Assembly (NCBI GenBank): GCA_963724765.1
Contig: CAVRVY010000003.1
Location: 128,001-192,000 of the forward strand
DNA from: an uncultured delta proteobacterium
Lineage (GTDB): Bacteria > Desulfobacterota > Binatia > Binatales > Binataceae
Length of the DNA stretch: 64,000 nt
Direction: 5' to 3'
The position numbers and the translations under genes were made by a program. Shown in pieces: positions 32,013 through 43,038 of this stretch. Each line of letters opens with the position of its first letter. Within the stretch, counting starts at the first letter, position 1. The notes under the pieces are model-generated. The model was not told where the DNA came from. It ran no database searches and worked only from the letters and a program-made list of their open reading frames with translations.

Positions 32013-33593
32013 TCATGGTATCGACCCGCTGGACCGAGACGATGCGCCGACGGCGTGAAGCAGGTTACAGGATGCGATCAGAAGATCTGCCTTGCTCTGG
32101 ATGAACGTGTATCGCGCCGACATTACATCCCGTTCGGCCGAGATAAGGTCGGTGATCGTCGCGAGGCCGTAGCGATGGCTTTCGAAGTTGGCTGCGAACG
32201 ACTCTTCTGACGAATCCAGCAACGCCTTGGCGGCATCGCGTTTCTTTTTCGCGGAGAGGAAATCATAGTAGGCGGTCCAGGTTGCGGCAATGACGTTAAG
32301 TTGAACCGACTTGAGCTCCGAGAGGGCCGCGCCCCTCTCCGCGGTTGCCTTTTGCACGGCGTAGTACCGATCGAATCCAGTGAACAGATCCCATCGCATT
32401 GTTAACCCTGCGCCATAAAATGGCTGGTTGAGATTCTGACTGTGCCCGCCGTTGACCGTGTAGTTCCAAATTGCCTGACCATAGTTCCCGCCCACGCTGA
32501 TTTCGGGGTAAAACTCCGCCCTCGCGCGCGCGACGGCGGCGTCACCGGCCCGCACTGCAGCGATTTGGGCGGCGAGATCGGGTCGCCGCCTGACCGCTTC
32601 GGCAATGAGTGCCTCAACATCGTCACTCAGATTTTTGGGCAGGCGGTCCAACTGACCGGCGTCGATGTTGAGGTTGGTGTCGGCGGGAACACCGATGGTT
32701 TGACGGAGGTTCGCTTCTGCATCGTGCACTTGCGAGTTTGCATTTTCGAGGTCGTACACAGCCTGTGCCTGGACACGCTTTTCGAGCAGCACTTGCGGCT
32801 TGGTTGCGAGGCCGACCTGGTGACGCTGCTCGACGGCAGCCAGGGCGATATTCGCGAGCTTGAGGTTAGCCTCCGCTGCACTCACGTTGGCATTCGCTGC
32901 CGCAAGAACATAGAACGCCCTTTCTACATTGAAGACGACGTCCTGGATCGCCTGATTGAAGTTGAAGTTCGCCGCGATCAGCTCTTCGCGGGCCTTTCGC
33001 TCATTTGCGCGAGTGCGGCCGAAGTCAAGTAAATCGTAACTGACCTTAAATTGAGGAAAAAAGACGTCATTGCGGATAACCAGAGTTTGCCCGGGAAACT
33101 CGAGCGGCAGCTTGAAGTAGCCGCCTTCGGCGTGTGCTTGGGCCATCGGATAATTGTTGGCTTGCGACCGGCCGAGTTGGCCTTCATTCTCTAGCGCCAC
33201 ATACCAGGAGTGCTGGGTTTGGGGACTTAGCCTTAAAGCGAGGTCCACGAGTGAGGGCAGGTCATAGGTCTGTTTCCCCGATGTTTGAAGCGCGCCTCTT
33301 TCCTGCGAGCCGCGAAGTTGCTCGAGATTTGTGACAGGACGATTCAAGGCCTCGATGGAGGGGGGCGGCGTCCAGACGTTCTCCGCTTTCTCGGACGGCG
33401 CCAGTTCGGAGTCGGGATTTAGGTGAATTGAACCGCAACCCATCGAGGGCACAAGCGCTAGCGCCAGGAGCAACGGTACAAGCGGCCACGCGAATGCGCG
33501 CGCTGCAGTCCCCGAAATGCTGTCAGCCGGTTTGCTCAGCGAGCCGCTTTTCCGACGACAGGCCTGGTTCCGATGACTCCCGAATTTCTCCAC
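32013..33593 (-). CDS. TolC family outer membrane efflux lipoprotein (start uncertain)
   Basis: Lipobox-like SMGC after a hydrophobic stretch; YDLLDFGR, EFYPEIS and WDLFTGF OEP repeats. Confidence 0.85.
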   Translation of the reverse strand: MEKFGSHRNQACRRKSGSLSKPADSISGTAARAFAWPLVPLLLALALVPSMGCGSIHLNPDSELAPSEKAENVWTPPPSIEALNRPVTNLEQLRGSQERGALQTSGKQTYDLPSLVDLALRLSPQTQHSWYVALENEGQLGRSQANNYPMAQAHAEGGYFKLPLEFPGQTLVIRNDVFFPQFKVSYDLLDFGRTRANERKAREELIAANFNFNQAIQDVVFNVERAFYVLAAANANVSAAEANLKLANIALAAVEQRHQVGLATKPQVLLEKRVQAQAVYDLENANSQVHDAEANLRQTIGVPADTNLNIDAGQLDRLPKNLSDDVEALIAEAVRRRPDLAAQIAAVRAGDAAVARARAEFYPEISVGGNYGQAIWNYTVNGGHSQNLNQPFYGAGLTMRWDLFTGFDRYYAVQKATAERGAALSELKSVQLNVIAATWTAYYDFLSAKKKRDAAKALLDSSEESFAANFESHRYGLATITDLISAERDVMSARYTFIQSKADLLIASCNLLHAVGASSRSSGSIP

Positions 33594-33818
33594 GCTCTTC
33601 GCCCAAACGCACAACCCAATCTTGCGATCAGGTCTGTGGGCGCAAGCGATGACCTTTCGCAAGATGAGCTGTGACCCAGGTCTCAAGACGTCGCCAGTTG
33701 TTTCTGTCTTTATGACGCGTAGCATGGCAGCCCTCGGTAACAACGGCACCCTGGCAGCGCGATCGTAACTCAGGGCGCAAGTTAACCATTTTATAAAACG
33801 CTTCAAGTGCACACTCCC

Positions 33819-34265
33819 CTAAAATAGCGGACCAGAGATCCGCAACTCGTTGCGGCACGCTTCGCTAAACGCACGCAAGGGAGCCAGCGCGTCGCTGTTC
33901 ACGACCTCTTCTATCTCGTCGAACGTTTTTTTCGGCCCGCGGTATGTTTCCATGATGGTGTGAGCAATGCTTTCCGCCATTTCGACGATCTTCGGCGACG
34001 ATAGAAGATGCATCCTGCCGATCAGGGCATACAGTTTGACCAACTTGATGAATTCCGCTTTCTCATGTTCGAGGGCATCTGCATATAACTGCGCCGATTC
34101 CTCAATAAAGTCCGCATACAACTCCTCCCGCCTGCTCCTATGGTGCTCCAACTGCTCCGCTCGGGCCTGAGCTCTCTGGCTCAGCCATGACGACGCCAAC
34201 AACATCAACCCGCCGATCGCTGATCCAGCGAGCGCGGCAAACGCGGAGAAGTATTCTGTGTTCAT
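33819..34265 (-). CDS. Hypothetical protein with N-terminal membrane anchor
   Basis: SAFAALAGSAIGG TM segment followed by a helical soluble domain. Confidence 0.7.
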   Translation of the reverse strand: MNTEYFSAFAALAGSAIGGLMLLASSWLSQRAQARAEQLEHHRSRREELYADFIEESAQLYADALEHEKAEFIKLVKLYALIGRMHLLSSPKIVEMAESIAHTIMETYRGPKKTFDEIEEVVNSDALAPLRAFSEACRNELRISGPLF

Positions 34266-34641
34266 AGTCAAAGCCCACATGGGCCGGACCACGTCTTAAC
34301 CGCTAGCCGTTGCGGCAACCTCGCGACCGCACGACGGAGCATCAGATGTGCCAAGCCCAGAAACGAGTACAAATTCCGATGTGTGGGCGGCCGTGTAGCC
34401 AAAAGGAGCAATGAGGTGTCGCGAGTCGCGCCAGCTACGCCGTCCTACACGCGTCTTCGCGCGGGAACAACCCCGTTCTGCCTCCAACCGTCACGGCGGA
34501 CGTTAGACGAGGTGGAGTTGATGTCGATGCGCGACGCCTTGGGCGAGGCGCTCGGTTATCAGATTCAGATAGGATCGAAGTGCCTTTAGCCCCTGGTCGC
34601 AAGGCATAGCGCCGTGGCGCGAGTAGGACTCGGATCAAACC

Positions 34642-34833
34642 TCAACGCTGGAGCGCCGTCGCGCGCCGATCTCTGAGCTCGGCTTCTGCCTTGAGCCAAT
34701 CGCCCACCTCGCTGCCGGGGTCGCCGTTTCGGGCAGAGTATATTTCATAGGCGCGGATACGGATCTCGTCTTCTGTTGGCTGAGAGTTGTTTTCGAGTGG
34801 CGTTTGATCTGCCGCTGGTTTCTTGTCGACCAT
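34642..34833 (-). CDS. DUF2934 domain protein
   Basis: IRIRAYEIY...DWLKAEAEL. Confidence 0.85.
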   Translation of the reverse strand: MVDKKPAADQTPLENNSQPTEDEIRIRAYEIYSARNGDPGSEVGDWLKAEAELRDRRATALQR

Positions 34834-34885
34834 TTCCTTTCCCTCCCGGTAACACGTATTTTAGAAAGAGCGGCGACAGGATTCT

Positions 34886-34909
34886 GTTCAAAATTGCTCA
34901 CTTTTGAAC
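34886..34909. promoter_or_regulatory. Inverted repeat GTTCAAAA-N8-TTTTGAAC between the Crp/Fnr gene and DUF2934
   Basis: Perfect 8-bp arms; function (operator or terminator) unknown. Confidence 0.35.
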
Positions 34910-34932
34910 GACTTTGAGAACCTCGGCTCCGC

Positions 34933-35571
34933 TCAATCGCGCAGCACCACGCTCAGGAGAGAACTGTGGACCTCCAGTCCGTCGTTATAGTCGATGAAGC
35001 CCAGCTTCCTGAACCGGTTCATAAAAAAGCTCACTCTTGACCGAGTCGTTCCGACCATCTCGGCGAGCGTTTCCTGGCTGATTTTCGTGATTATTTGCTC
35101 GTTCCTGCCTTCCTTTCCGAAATTGGCCAGCAACAATAGAAGGCGGGCGAGCCGCTTTTCGCTTGAATTGAATAGCTGATCGACCAAATCCTCCTCGACT
35201 CGCTGATTGCGCGAAAGCAGATGCGCGATGAACATCCCGGAGAAACGGGAGTTCTTGCGAAGTGCGTCCATCATCGCTTCTCTCCCCATCCGCAGAACGG
35301 AACAATCTGTCATCGCCCTCGCGGTCGCGATGCGCCGTGTCTGTCCATTCAGACATCCTTCACCGAAGAAATTTCCGAGACTCAGGATCGTGACGACCGC
35401 TTCCTTCCCTTGTCTGGATGCAACGCTCAGCCCGACTTGACCTTTTTCAAGAAAGAAGACGTCGCCGGCGGGCTGCCCTTGGGCAAAAATAACTTGTTTC
35501 TTTCGATAGTCCTTGAATGTCCCTCCCATGATCGACTGTAGCGTTTTCGCATCGATTGGTTCGTCGCGCAC
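34933..35571 (-). CDS. Crp/Fnr family transcriptional regulator
   Basis: cNMP domain FFGEGCL; HTH SQETLAEMVGTTRSRVS; no FNR Cys cluster. Confidence 0.92.
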   Translation of the reverse strand: MRDEPIDAKTLQSIMGGTFKDYRKKQVIFAQGQPAGDVFFLEKGQVGLSVASRQGKEAVVTILSLGNFFGEGCLNGQTRRIATARAMTDCSVLRMGREAMMDALRKNSRFSGMFIAHLLSRNQRVEEDLVDQLFNSSEKRLARLLLLLANFGKEGRNEQIITKISQETLAEMVGTTRSRVSFFMNRFRKLGFIDYNDGLEVHSSLLSVVLRD

Positions 35572-35727
35572 GACCTTATCGAACCTCCTTTCCGTGCGGC
35601 CGTCGGATCACGCGGGATGTCGCCTTCGGGGCCCGGTCCTGCTTCATTCCGATGATCAAACGGCTTCGCATCGAATTCGATCATCTGTCCGGATGGTAGT
35701 TACCAACGCTTACTCTGGGCCAGTCTC

Positions 35728-35761
35728 TTGACAATCATGTCTAAATGTGACGTTAATGTCA
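35728..35761 (+). promoter_or_regulatory. TetR-type tandem operators TGAC-N6-GTCW overlapping a TTGACA -35
   Basis: TGACAATCATGTCT (35729-35742) and TGACGTTAATGTCA (35748-35761). Confidence 0.55.
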
Positions 35762-35764
35762 ACT

Positions 35765-36460
35765 ATGAACAGAATTGTCAGTGAAGCCCCCATGAGAGAA
35801 GGAGCCCAAGTTCGCCACGCAAAACCAAGACCGCGCGCGTTTCCCAACCGCCGCGAGAGGCGCAAGCTGGCAACTCGCCAGACGCTACTGGACGCGACCC
35901 AGGCCCTGCTCGCCAAGCGAAGTTTGGATGCACTGAGCGTCGACGAAATCGTAGAGCGTGCGGACGTCGCCAGGGGCACCTTTTACAATTACTTCGCTGA
36001 CAAGGATGCGCTCGAGCGCGAGCTCGCGTCGCAGGTTCGCGTGCGCGTGGAAAGTGAGATAGCGCGCACAAATGAAGGAGTCAGCGATCCAGCGGAGAGA
36101 ATCGCGCGCGCATTCTGCTGCGTACTCCATTTTTGCCTCGGCGCGCCGGAACAGGCGGCCGCAATGATGCGGTTGTTTCCGCACGCGACCGATCCCGCGG
36201 CGCCGATCAACTCTGGTGTGCGCGGCGATGTGACGGAAGGACTCGCGCGAGGCCGTATCTTGGCGTCGTGCGAAGACGTCGCGGTCGCCTGCATCGTTGG
36301 GGTGTTCATGGCCGGAGTGAATCGCGTCTTGGACCTGCCATCCAGCAAGGCAAGCACGTTTGCGATCGGTATGGGCTCGATCCTGCTGCATGGGCTTGGG
36401 ATCAGCCGGAGTCAGGCTAAGCGGATCATGGCCCAAGCGGTCCAATCAGTCCTGCGCTGA
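35765..36460 (+). CDS. TetR/AcrR family regulator (start uncertain)
   Basis: SVDEIVERADVARGTFYNYFADK. Confidence 0.92.
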   Translation: MNRIVSEAPMREGAQVRHAKPRPRAFPNRRERRKLATRQTLLDATQALLAKRSLDALSVDEIVERADVARGTFYNYFADKDALERELASQVRVRVESEIARTNEGVSDPAERIARAFCCVLHFCLGAPEQAAAMMRLFPHATDPAAPINSGVRGDVTEGLARGRILASCEDVAVACIVGVFMAGVNRVLDLPSSKASTFAIGMGSILLHGLGISRSQAKRIMAQAVQSVLR

Positions 36461-36473
36461 TCGGGAGTCAGAT

Positions 36474-37400
36474 ATGGGAATCAAAATTCAGGATGTCGCC
36501 TACGTAAGATTCAGCGCGCCCGATCTGGACGCGATGGAAGCATTTCTCACCGATTTCGGAATGGTTCGCGCGGAGCGAACCAGCGACACGCTTTACATGC
36601 GCGGCCTGGACGAAGATCCGTTTCTTCATGTGACCCATCGGGGCGAGCCGCGTTTCGTTGCTGCCGGATTCGAAGCCGCCTCGGTGAAAGACCTCGAAAC
36701 GCTCGCCCAAGAAGAGAATGCGTCGATCGTGCAATTGGATGGTCCCGGGGGCGGGTCTGTGGTTCGGCTAAGCGATCCCAATGGCTTCGAAATCGAGGTG
36801 GTTGCCGGACGGACAGCGGTCGCTCGAAGCGAGAGGCCCGCGCCGGCACCCATCAACGACGCGCACGCAAGGCTGCAGCTCAACGCGCTCAAACGCCTTC
36901 CCAAGGGGCCTTCGCATGTGAAGCGGCTTGGTCACTGTGTGCTGAACGTGAACAACTTCCGCGAGTCGGAAGCCTGGTACAAATCGCGATTTGGCTTGAT
37001 TACTTCGGACGAGATCAATCTAGGGTCGCCCGAGCGGGCGCTCGGTGCATTCTTGCGATGTGATCGCGGAGCCGTACCGAGCGACCATCACACCCTGTTT
37101 TTGATGGGCGCCGGCAAGCCCGGATTCAATCACGCCGCTTATGAGGTTGCGGATTTCGACGACCTTATGTGCGGGCATGATTGGCTGAAACAGAAACGTC
37201 GCCAACATGAATGGGGCGTCGGACGCCATCTGCTCGGGAGCCAAATCTTCGATTACTGGCGCGACCCGTGGGGCCACACGTTGGAGCATTGGACCGACGG
37301 CGACCTGTTGGACGCGGGCTGGGGCTCCCGCACGTCGAGTTTTGAGGAAGTGGTAGCCACTCAGTGGGGCCCGATGCCGCCCAGCACGATGGGAACCTAA
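36474..37400 (+). CDS. Two-domain VOC extradiol-type dioxygenase
   Basis: RLGHCVL, DHHT, NHAAYE and WGVGRHLLGSQIFDYWRDPWGHTLEH metal-ligand pattern. Confidence 0.85.
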   Translation: MGIKIQDVAYVRFSAPDLDAMEAFLTDFGMVRAERTSDTLYMRGLDEDPFLHVTHRGEPRFVAAGFEAASVKDLETLAQEENASIVQLDGPGGGSVVRLSDPNGFEIEVVAGRTAVARSERPAPAPINDAHARLQLNALKRLPKGPSHVKRLGHCVLNVNNFRESEAWYKSRFGLITSDEINLGSPERALGAFLRCDRGAVPSDHHTLFLMGAGKPGFNHAAYEVADFDDLMCGHDWLKQKRRQHEWGVGRHLLGSQIFDYWRDPWGHTLEHWTDGDLLDAGWGSRTSSFEEVVATQWGPMPPSTMGT

Positions 37401-37414
37401 GGAGACTTCTTGAG

Positions 37415-38299
37415 ATGAAGATAGTCCGCTATGTGGAGAAGAACGGGGTCAAGCTTGGTGCCGTCAAAGGCGATGGCGTCATCGATCTAACCCGCCGATT
37501 CCCTTCTCTGTCCGACAAAGCAATCGAGCTCATCCAACAGTGGAGCGAAGCGAAGCCCCACCTGGAGAAGATCGTTTCAGAGAGTGCGCCGGATGCAGCT
37601 TTGGCAAATGTGCGCCTGCTCGCTCCGGTAGCGCGACCCGGCAAGATCATGGCGATCGGCCTCAACTACACGGACCACATCAGAGAGACAGGTCAAAAGA
37701 TGCCGCCTCATCAAATCTGGTTCACCAAGGCGGTGACCTCGATCAACGGACCGTTTGATCCCATCGAGCTGCCGATCGCTTCCGCGCAGGTTGATTACGA
37801 GGCGGAGCTGGTGGTGATTGTCGGCAAGCGCTGCAAGCACGTTCCGAAGGAAAGCGCAGCCGATGTTGTATTCGGCTATTGCGCCGGCAACGACGTGTCG
37901 GTGCGCGACTGGCAGATGCAGACCACGCAATGGGTGCTCGGCAAATCGTTCGATACGCACGCGCCCATCGGCCCCTGGATTGTTACCGCGGACGAGATTT
38001 GCGATCCCCACACGATGGGCATCCGATGTTTCGTCAATGGCGAGCGGCGGCAGAATTCCAATACCGAGAACCTCGTGTTCAACGTGTATGATCAGATTGC
38101 GCACCTGAGCCGCGCCATGACGCTGGAACCCGGCGACATAATCTTTACGGGAACTCCAGGTGGCGTCGGGCTTGCGATGCAGCCGCCGCAGTGGCTCAAG
38201 GCAGGCGACAAGGTGCGTGTCGAGATAGATCGCATCGGATCCATCGAGGCTGAAATGCAGCCTGAGCGTGCAAGCCAAGCCGCTTCATCCTGGAGGTAA
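37415..38299 (+). CDS. Fumarylacetoacetate hydrolase family protein
   Basis: IGLNYTDH, DYEAEL, NDVSVRD, GKSFDT and TGTPGGVG. Confidence 0.93.
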   Translation: MKIVRYVEKNGVKLGAVKGDGVIDLTRRFPSLSDKAIELIQQWSEAKPHLEKIVSESAPDAALANVRLLAPVARPGKIMAIGLNYTDHIRETGQKMPPHQIWFTKAVTSINGPFDPIELPIASAQVDYEAELVVIVGKRCKHVPKESAADVVFGYCAGNDVSVRDWQMQTTQWVLGKSFDTHAPIGPWIVTADEICDPHTMGIRCFVNGERRQNSNTENLVFNVYDQIAHLSRAMTLEPGDIIFTGTPGGVGLAMQPPQWLKAGDKVRVEIDRIGSIEAEMQPERASQAASSWR

Positions 38300-38305
38300 T
38301 AGTCA

Positions 38306-39478
38306 ATGACGAACGAACTCGTAGAGACCGCAAGACGGATCGCGCCGGAGCTTGGGGAGACCGCCGCCGAGGACAACGCACTCCGGAGGCTCAGCGATCG
38401 CACCTGGAATATCCTGATGGACAACGGCTTTTTGCGATCGCTACAGCCAGAGCGATGGGGCGGCGGCGAAGTACCGCTGATGGAGTTCGTCGACGCCACG
38501 ATCGAGCTCGCGCGCGTTTCGCCTTCCGCTGCATGGATCGCCGGCGTGATCGGGTTACATCCGTGGCAGCTCGCTCTCTTTGATGAAAGAGCGCAGCAGG
38601 AGATGTGGGGTAAGGACCCCGCCCTGATGCACTCCTCGTCTTACAACCCTACCGGCAATGCCGAGAAGGTGGCCGGCGGCTACAAGCTTTCGGGGCGATG
38701 GTCGTTCTCGTCCGGATGCGATCATTGTCACGGCGTGATGCCGGGAGCGATTTGCGGCACGCGCGAGGTGCTGGGCAGACCAGTACCGGACTTCAGGTCT
38801 TTTCTCTTGTTGGGCGATCAATATCGCATCGATGACAACTGGCATGTTGCCGGACTCAAGGGCACCGGCAGCAAAGACATCATTGTCGAAAGCGCTTTCG
38901 TACCTGAGTATCGATCTCAGTCACTCATTGACTACGCGATGAATGCGCCGCTGCCGGGGCAAGAGCGCAACAGCGGTCCGCTTTATCGATTACCTTGGTC
39001 GGTAGTCTTTAACACGGCGCTGGTTGCTTCGGTGCTGGGCGCTTCGCGCGGGTTCGTCCATGCCTGGACTTCGCAGACGCGCGAGCGCAAGTTGAGCTTG
39101 GGCGGAAGGGCGGCCGACGATGCTCTCATGCAGCGGCGGCTCGCAGAGGCGATCTGGCTGATCGACGTCACGATCACGCGACTGCGAACCGACATCGCGG
39201 AATTGTGGCAGATGGCGCAGGACCGCGTGCCGGTTCCGATGCAACTCAAGACGCAGGTGCGCTGGAACATGAACCGCGGATGCGAGTTGGTCGCGCAGGC
39301 GATCAATGATCTGTTTCGGGCGTCAACTGGACGCGCGGTGTTCGTCGATCACCCGCTACAACAGCGCTTTCAAGACATCGAGGCGGCGATGGCGCACGCG
39401 TACTTGTCTTCGGATCCGCTCGCAAAGGCGGTGGGCGGATATCTGTTGGGTACGTCGCAGCCCGAATTTGTCCTCTAA
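38306..39478 (+). CDS. Flavin-dependent monooxygenase oxygenase subunit (HsaA-like, ACAD fold)
   Basis: LQPERWGG, SGRWSFSSGCDH, WHVAGLKGTGS and LQQRFQD..AAMAH. Confidence 0.88.
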   Translation: MTNELVETARRIAPELGETAAEDNALRRLSDRTWNILMDNGFLRSLQPERWGGGEVPLMEFVDATIELARVSPSAAWIAGVIGLHPWQLALFDERAQQEMWGKDPALMHSSSYNPTGNAEKVAGGYKLSGRWSFSSGCDHCHGVMPGAICGTREVLGRPVPDFRSFLLLGDQYRIDDNWHVAGLKGTGSKDIIVESAFVPEYRSQSLIDYAMNAPLPGQERNSGPLYRLPWSVVFNTALVASVLGASRGFVHAWTSQTRERKLSLGGRAADDALMQRRLAEAIWLIDVTITRLRTDIAELWQMAQDRVPVPMQLKTQVRWNMNRGCELVAQAINDLFRASTGRAVFVDHPLQQRFQDIEAAMAHAYLSSDPLAKAVGGYLLGTSQPEFVL

Positions 39479-39878
39479 GGGTGCTTACCTCGATCGTGCC
39501 ATCGCGTGCATCGAACACTACGCCGATGAATCCAGGCACAGTGCGCTATGGGAACGCAACGGCACAACAGCGATCAATAAAACAACCAGGACGGCTGATC
39601 GGTTCAGCGCGCCCGATCTGTTTCCAGCAGTTTTGGAGCGCGGGCACCGCGAAATGCTCTCGGACACTTATGCCGCGCAGCCGCTGGAGAATCGGTCGTT
39701 GATACTCGGGCGGTCTTCCATTTCTCTTTGGACTCTTTAACGACTCAGGACTACGATTCCCCTAAAACGAAGCAGTCGTTCGCTCGCTTGAGCGAAATTG
39801 AGGATCAAGTTCGCGTGCGTCGAGGCAAGAGAAGCCCCTAATAATGCTTCACGGCGCTCAAAGGAGAAAGTGCGGGCC

Positions 39879-42332
39879 ATGACCACAGTCGCAAGAAACT
39901 CGGAGGCCGTCCTTTACGACGAAAAGACATCTACGATATCGGCGTACGGTCCAGCCCGTTCGACGATCAAAGGGACGCCGCCCAGCCCGGACGAGCTGCG
40001 CAACATCGACGCCTACTGGCGCGCCAGTCTCTATCTGTGCCTCGGGATGCTTTACCTCAAGGAGAACCCCCTGCTGCAGGCGCCACTTACGCCGGAACAA
40101 ACGAAGCCACGGTTGCTCGGCCATTGGGGCTCGGACCCCGGTCAGAGCTTCACCTACATTCACTTCAACCGCCTAATCAACAAATACGACCTGAACGCAA
40201 TCTTCATCTCGGGTCCCGGGCACGGGGCGCCGGCAGTCTTGTCCAACGCCTACCTCGAAGGAACGTACTCCGAAATATATCCGGACAGGAGTCAGGACCT
40301 CGCCGGGATGCAGCGCTTCTTCAAACAGTTCAGTTTTCCGGGCGGTATCGGCAGCCATGCCACCCCCGAAACGCCGGGAAGCATCCACGAGGGCGGCGAG
40401 CTCGGATACAGCATATCGCACGCGTACGGGACGGTTTACGACCGCCCGGATCTGATCACTCTCGTGATAGTGGGTGACGGCGAGTCCGAGACCGGCCCTC
40501 TTGCGACAAGCTGGCACAGCAACAAGTTCGTCAATCCGATCACCGACGGCGCCGTGCTGCCCGTATTGCACCTCAACGGCTACAAGATCAATAACCCTAC
40601 CCTGCTTGCCCGGATCAGCCACGAGGAGCTGGAGGCCTTGTTTGTCGGTTACGGTTATACCCCCTACTTCGTCGAAGGCAGCGACCCGCAGAGCATGCAC
40701 CAAGCGATGGCCGCCACGCTGGAGCACTGCGTGCTTGAGATTCGCAGGGTCCAGGAGGAGGCGCGGGCGAACGGGAAGGCCTTCCGGCCGCGCTGGCCGA
40801 TGATCATACTACGCAGCCCCAAGGGTTGGACTGCTCCGCGGGAGATTGATGGGCATTACCTGGAAGGCTTCTGGCGAGCGCACCAGATCCCAATTGCGGA
40901 TATCACTACCAACCCAAGCCATCTGAAAGTGCTCGAGGGGTGGATGCGCAGCTACAAACCCGATGAGTTGTTCGACCAGGCCGGTCGGCTGATTCCCGAG
41001 TTGCAGGCTTTGGCCCCGAAGGGACCGCGACGCATGAGCGCCAATCCGGTCGCTAACGGCGGTCTGCTGCGGAAGCCGCTCGACATGCCTGACTTCCGGA
41101 GCTCGGGAGTCGAGGTCAAGAAACCCGGAGCCACTCTGGCGGGGAACGTTCCAACATTGGGTAATTTCCTTCGCGAAGTGATGCGACTGAATATGGACCG
41201 CTTTCGTGTCTTTGGACCCGATGAGACGCAGTCCAACCGTCTAGAAGCGATCTACGAGGTGGGCAAAAAAGTCTGGCTGGGAGAATACTTTCCCGAGGAC
41301 GCTGACGGCGGCGAGCTCGCGCCTAATGGACGCGTGATGGAGATGCTGAGCGAGCATACCGTCGAAGGGTGGCTGGAGGGTTATATCCTGAGTGGCCGGC
41401 ACGGTTTGCTCAACAGTTACGAGCCGTTCATCCACGTCATCGATTCGATGTTCAACCAGCACGCGAAGTGGCTGGAGAAATGTAATGAACTGCCCTGGCG
41501 CGCAAATGTGTCATCCCTGAACCTGCTGATCACTGCGCTGGTCTGGCGGCAGGATCATAACGGCTTTACCCACCAGGATCCCGGTTTCCTCGATGTGGTA
41601 GCCAACAAAAGCCCGAGCGTTGTTCGCGTTTACCTGCCGCCCGACGCAAACTGCCTGCTCTCCGTCGCGGACCATTGCCTGCGAAGCGTCAACTACGTGA
41701 ACGTTATGGTCGCCGACAAACAGGTGCACCTCCAGTACCTGGAAATGGAGGCGGCAATCGAGCACTGCACGAAGGGAGTTGGCATCTGGAACTGGGCCAG
41801 CAACGACCAGGGCGCCGAACCCGACGTGGTAATGGCGAGTTGCGGCGATGTCCCGACCTTGGAGTCGCTGGCTGCCACAGCTCTGCTCCGACAGCACTTG
41901 CCGGACATCAAAGTCAGGTTTGTGAACGTGGTCGACCTGTTCAAGCTCGTGCCCAGCACCGAGCATGCGCACGGGCTGACAGATCGCGAGTTCGAGGCTC
42001 TATTCACCCCGGATAAGCCGGTAGTCTTCAACTTCCATTCTTATCCGTGGCTGATTCACAGACTCACCTACCGCCGCCCCGGTCAGCACAACATTCACGT
42101 ACGCGGCTACAAGGAAAAGGGGAACATCAACACCCCGCTGGAGCTGGCTATTCAAAACCAAACGGATCGCTTCAGCCTGGCGATCGATGCAATCGACCGG
42201 ATCCCACGCTTCCAGGTCAGAGGAGCTAACGTTCGGGAGCTTCTGCTCAACCAGCAGATAAAAAGTAAAAACCACGCGCACCAGTTCGGTATCGATCCGA
42301 AGGACATCACGGACTGGCAGTGGCCATTCTGA
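39879..42332 (+). CDS. xfp: Xylulose-5-P/fructose-6-P phosphoketolase
   Basis: [27 protein letters not shown] and [12 protein letters not shown]; SD AAGGAG. Confidence 0.96.
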   Translation: MTTVARNSEAVLYDEKTSTISAYGPARSTIKGTPPSPDELRNIDAYWRASLYLCLGMLYLKENPLLQAPLTPEQTKPRLLGHWGSDPGQSFTYIHFNRLINKYDLNAIFISGPGHGAPAVLSNAYLEGTYSEIYPDRSQDLAGMQRFFKQFSFPGGIGSHATPETPGSIHEGGELGYSISHAYGTVYDRPDLITLVIVGDGESETGPLATSWHSNKFVNPITDGAVLPVLHLNGYKINNPTLLARISHEELEALFVGYGYTPYFVEGSDPQSMHQAMAATLEHCVLEIRRVQEEARANGKAFRPRWPMIILRSPKGWTAPREIDGHYLEGFWRAHQIPIADITTNPSHLKVLEGWMRSYKPDELFDQAGRLIPELQALAPKGPRRMSANPVANGGLLRKPLDMPDFRSSGVEVKKPGATLAGNVPTLGNFLREVMRLNMDRFRVFGPDETQSNRLEAIYEVGKKVWLGEYFPEDADGGELAPNGRVMEMLSEHTVEGWLEGYILSGRHGLLNSYEPFIHVIDSMFNQHAKWLEKCNELPWRANVSSLNLLITALVWRQDHNGFTHQDPGFLDVVANKSPSVVRVYLPPDANCLLSVADHCLRSVNYVNVMVADKQVHLQYLEMEAAIEHCTKGVGIWNWASNDQGAEPDVVMASCGDVPTLESLAATALLRQHLPDIKVRFVNVVDLFKLVPSTEHAHGLTDREFEALFTPDKPVVFNFHSYPWLIHRLTYRRPGQHNIHVRGYKEKGNINTPLELAIQNQTDRFSLAIDAIDRIPRFQVRGANVRELLLNQQIKSKNHAHQFGIDPKDITDWQWPF

Positions 42333-42360
42333 AAGGACCATTTCTGAAGGAAACGAACTT

Positions 42361-42956
42361 ATGGGTGAAATGCTCCCAACGCTTTACATCGCGAGGCACG
42401 GCGAGACTGCATGGAGCCTCTCGGGCCAGCATACTGGGCTTACCGATCTGCCATTGACTGAGCGCGGACAAAGCAACGCCCGCCGCCTCGGTAACCAGCT
42501 CCGAGGACGGTCCTTCGCCCACGTCTTCACCAGTCCACTGCAGCGAGCGCGCCGCACATGCGAGTTGGCTGGCTTTGGCGCCGAAGCTGAGGTCGATCGC
42601 GACTTGCTCGAATGGAACTACGGTGACTACGAGGGTCTGCGCACCGCGAGATCCACGCCAAGCGTCCCGGCTGGGAGCTGTTCCGCGATGGCTGCCCCGG
42701 AGGCGAATCGGCCGGCGACGTTGGAGCGAGGGCTGATCGCATGGTTGACCGCGTGCGTGCGGTCCAGCAGGACGTTCTGATTTTTTCGAGCGGGCACTTT
42801 CTCCGCGTACTAGCGGCACGTTGGCTGGGGCTGGAACCCGAGGCTGGCAGATATTTCCTGCTGAGCACTGCCAGCTTGAGCGCTCTTAGCTACGAGCACG
42901 ATCTGTCCCCTGTAATTCAACTTTGGAATGACCTGCATCATCTGACCCATCACTAG
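42361..42956 (+). CDS. Histidine phosphatase family protein, frameshift ~42646
   Basis: RHGET, TSPLQRARRT and EWNYGDYEG; C-terminal half in ORF 42741-42956. Confidence 0.82.
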
Positions 42957-43038
42957 ACTTCAACAGCCAAACGATTCGGGAGCGAACAGTCCGAGGAACT
43001 GCTGCAAACGCAAAGGATCGAGTTACAAGGAGACACAC

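Noticed and set aside
39480-39800. Flavin reductase gene after the monooxygenase
   Set aside because: No frame shows reductase motifs; the region appears non-coding or a remnant.
39790-39815. FNR box upstream of xfp (TTGAGGATCAA)
   Set aside because: Spacing and sequence do not match TTGAT-N4-ATCAA, so hypoxic regulation remains an inference.
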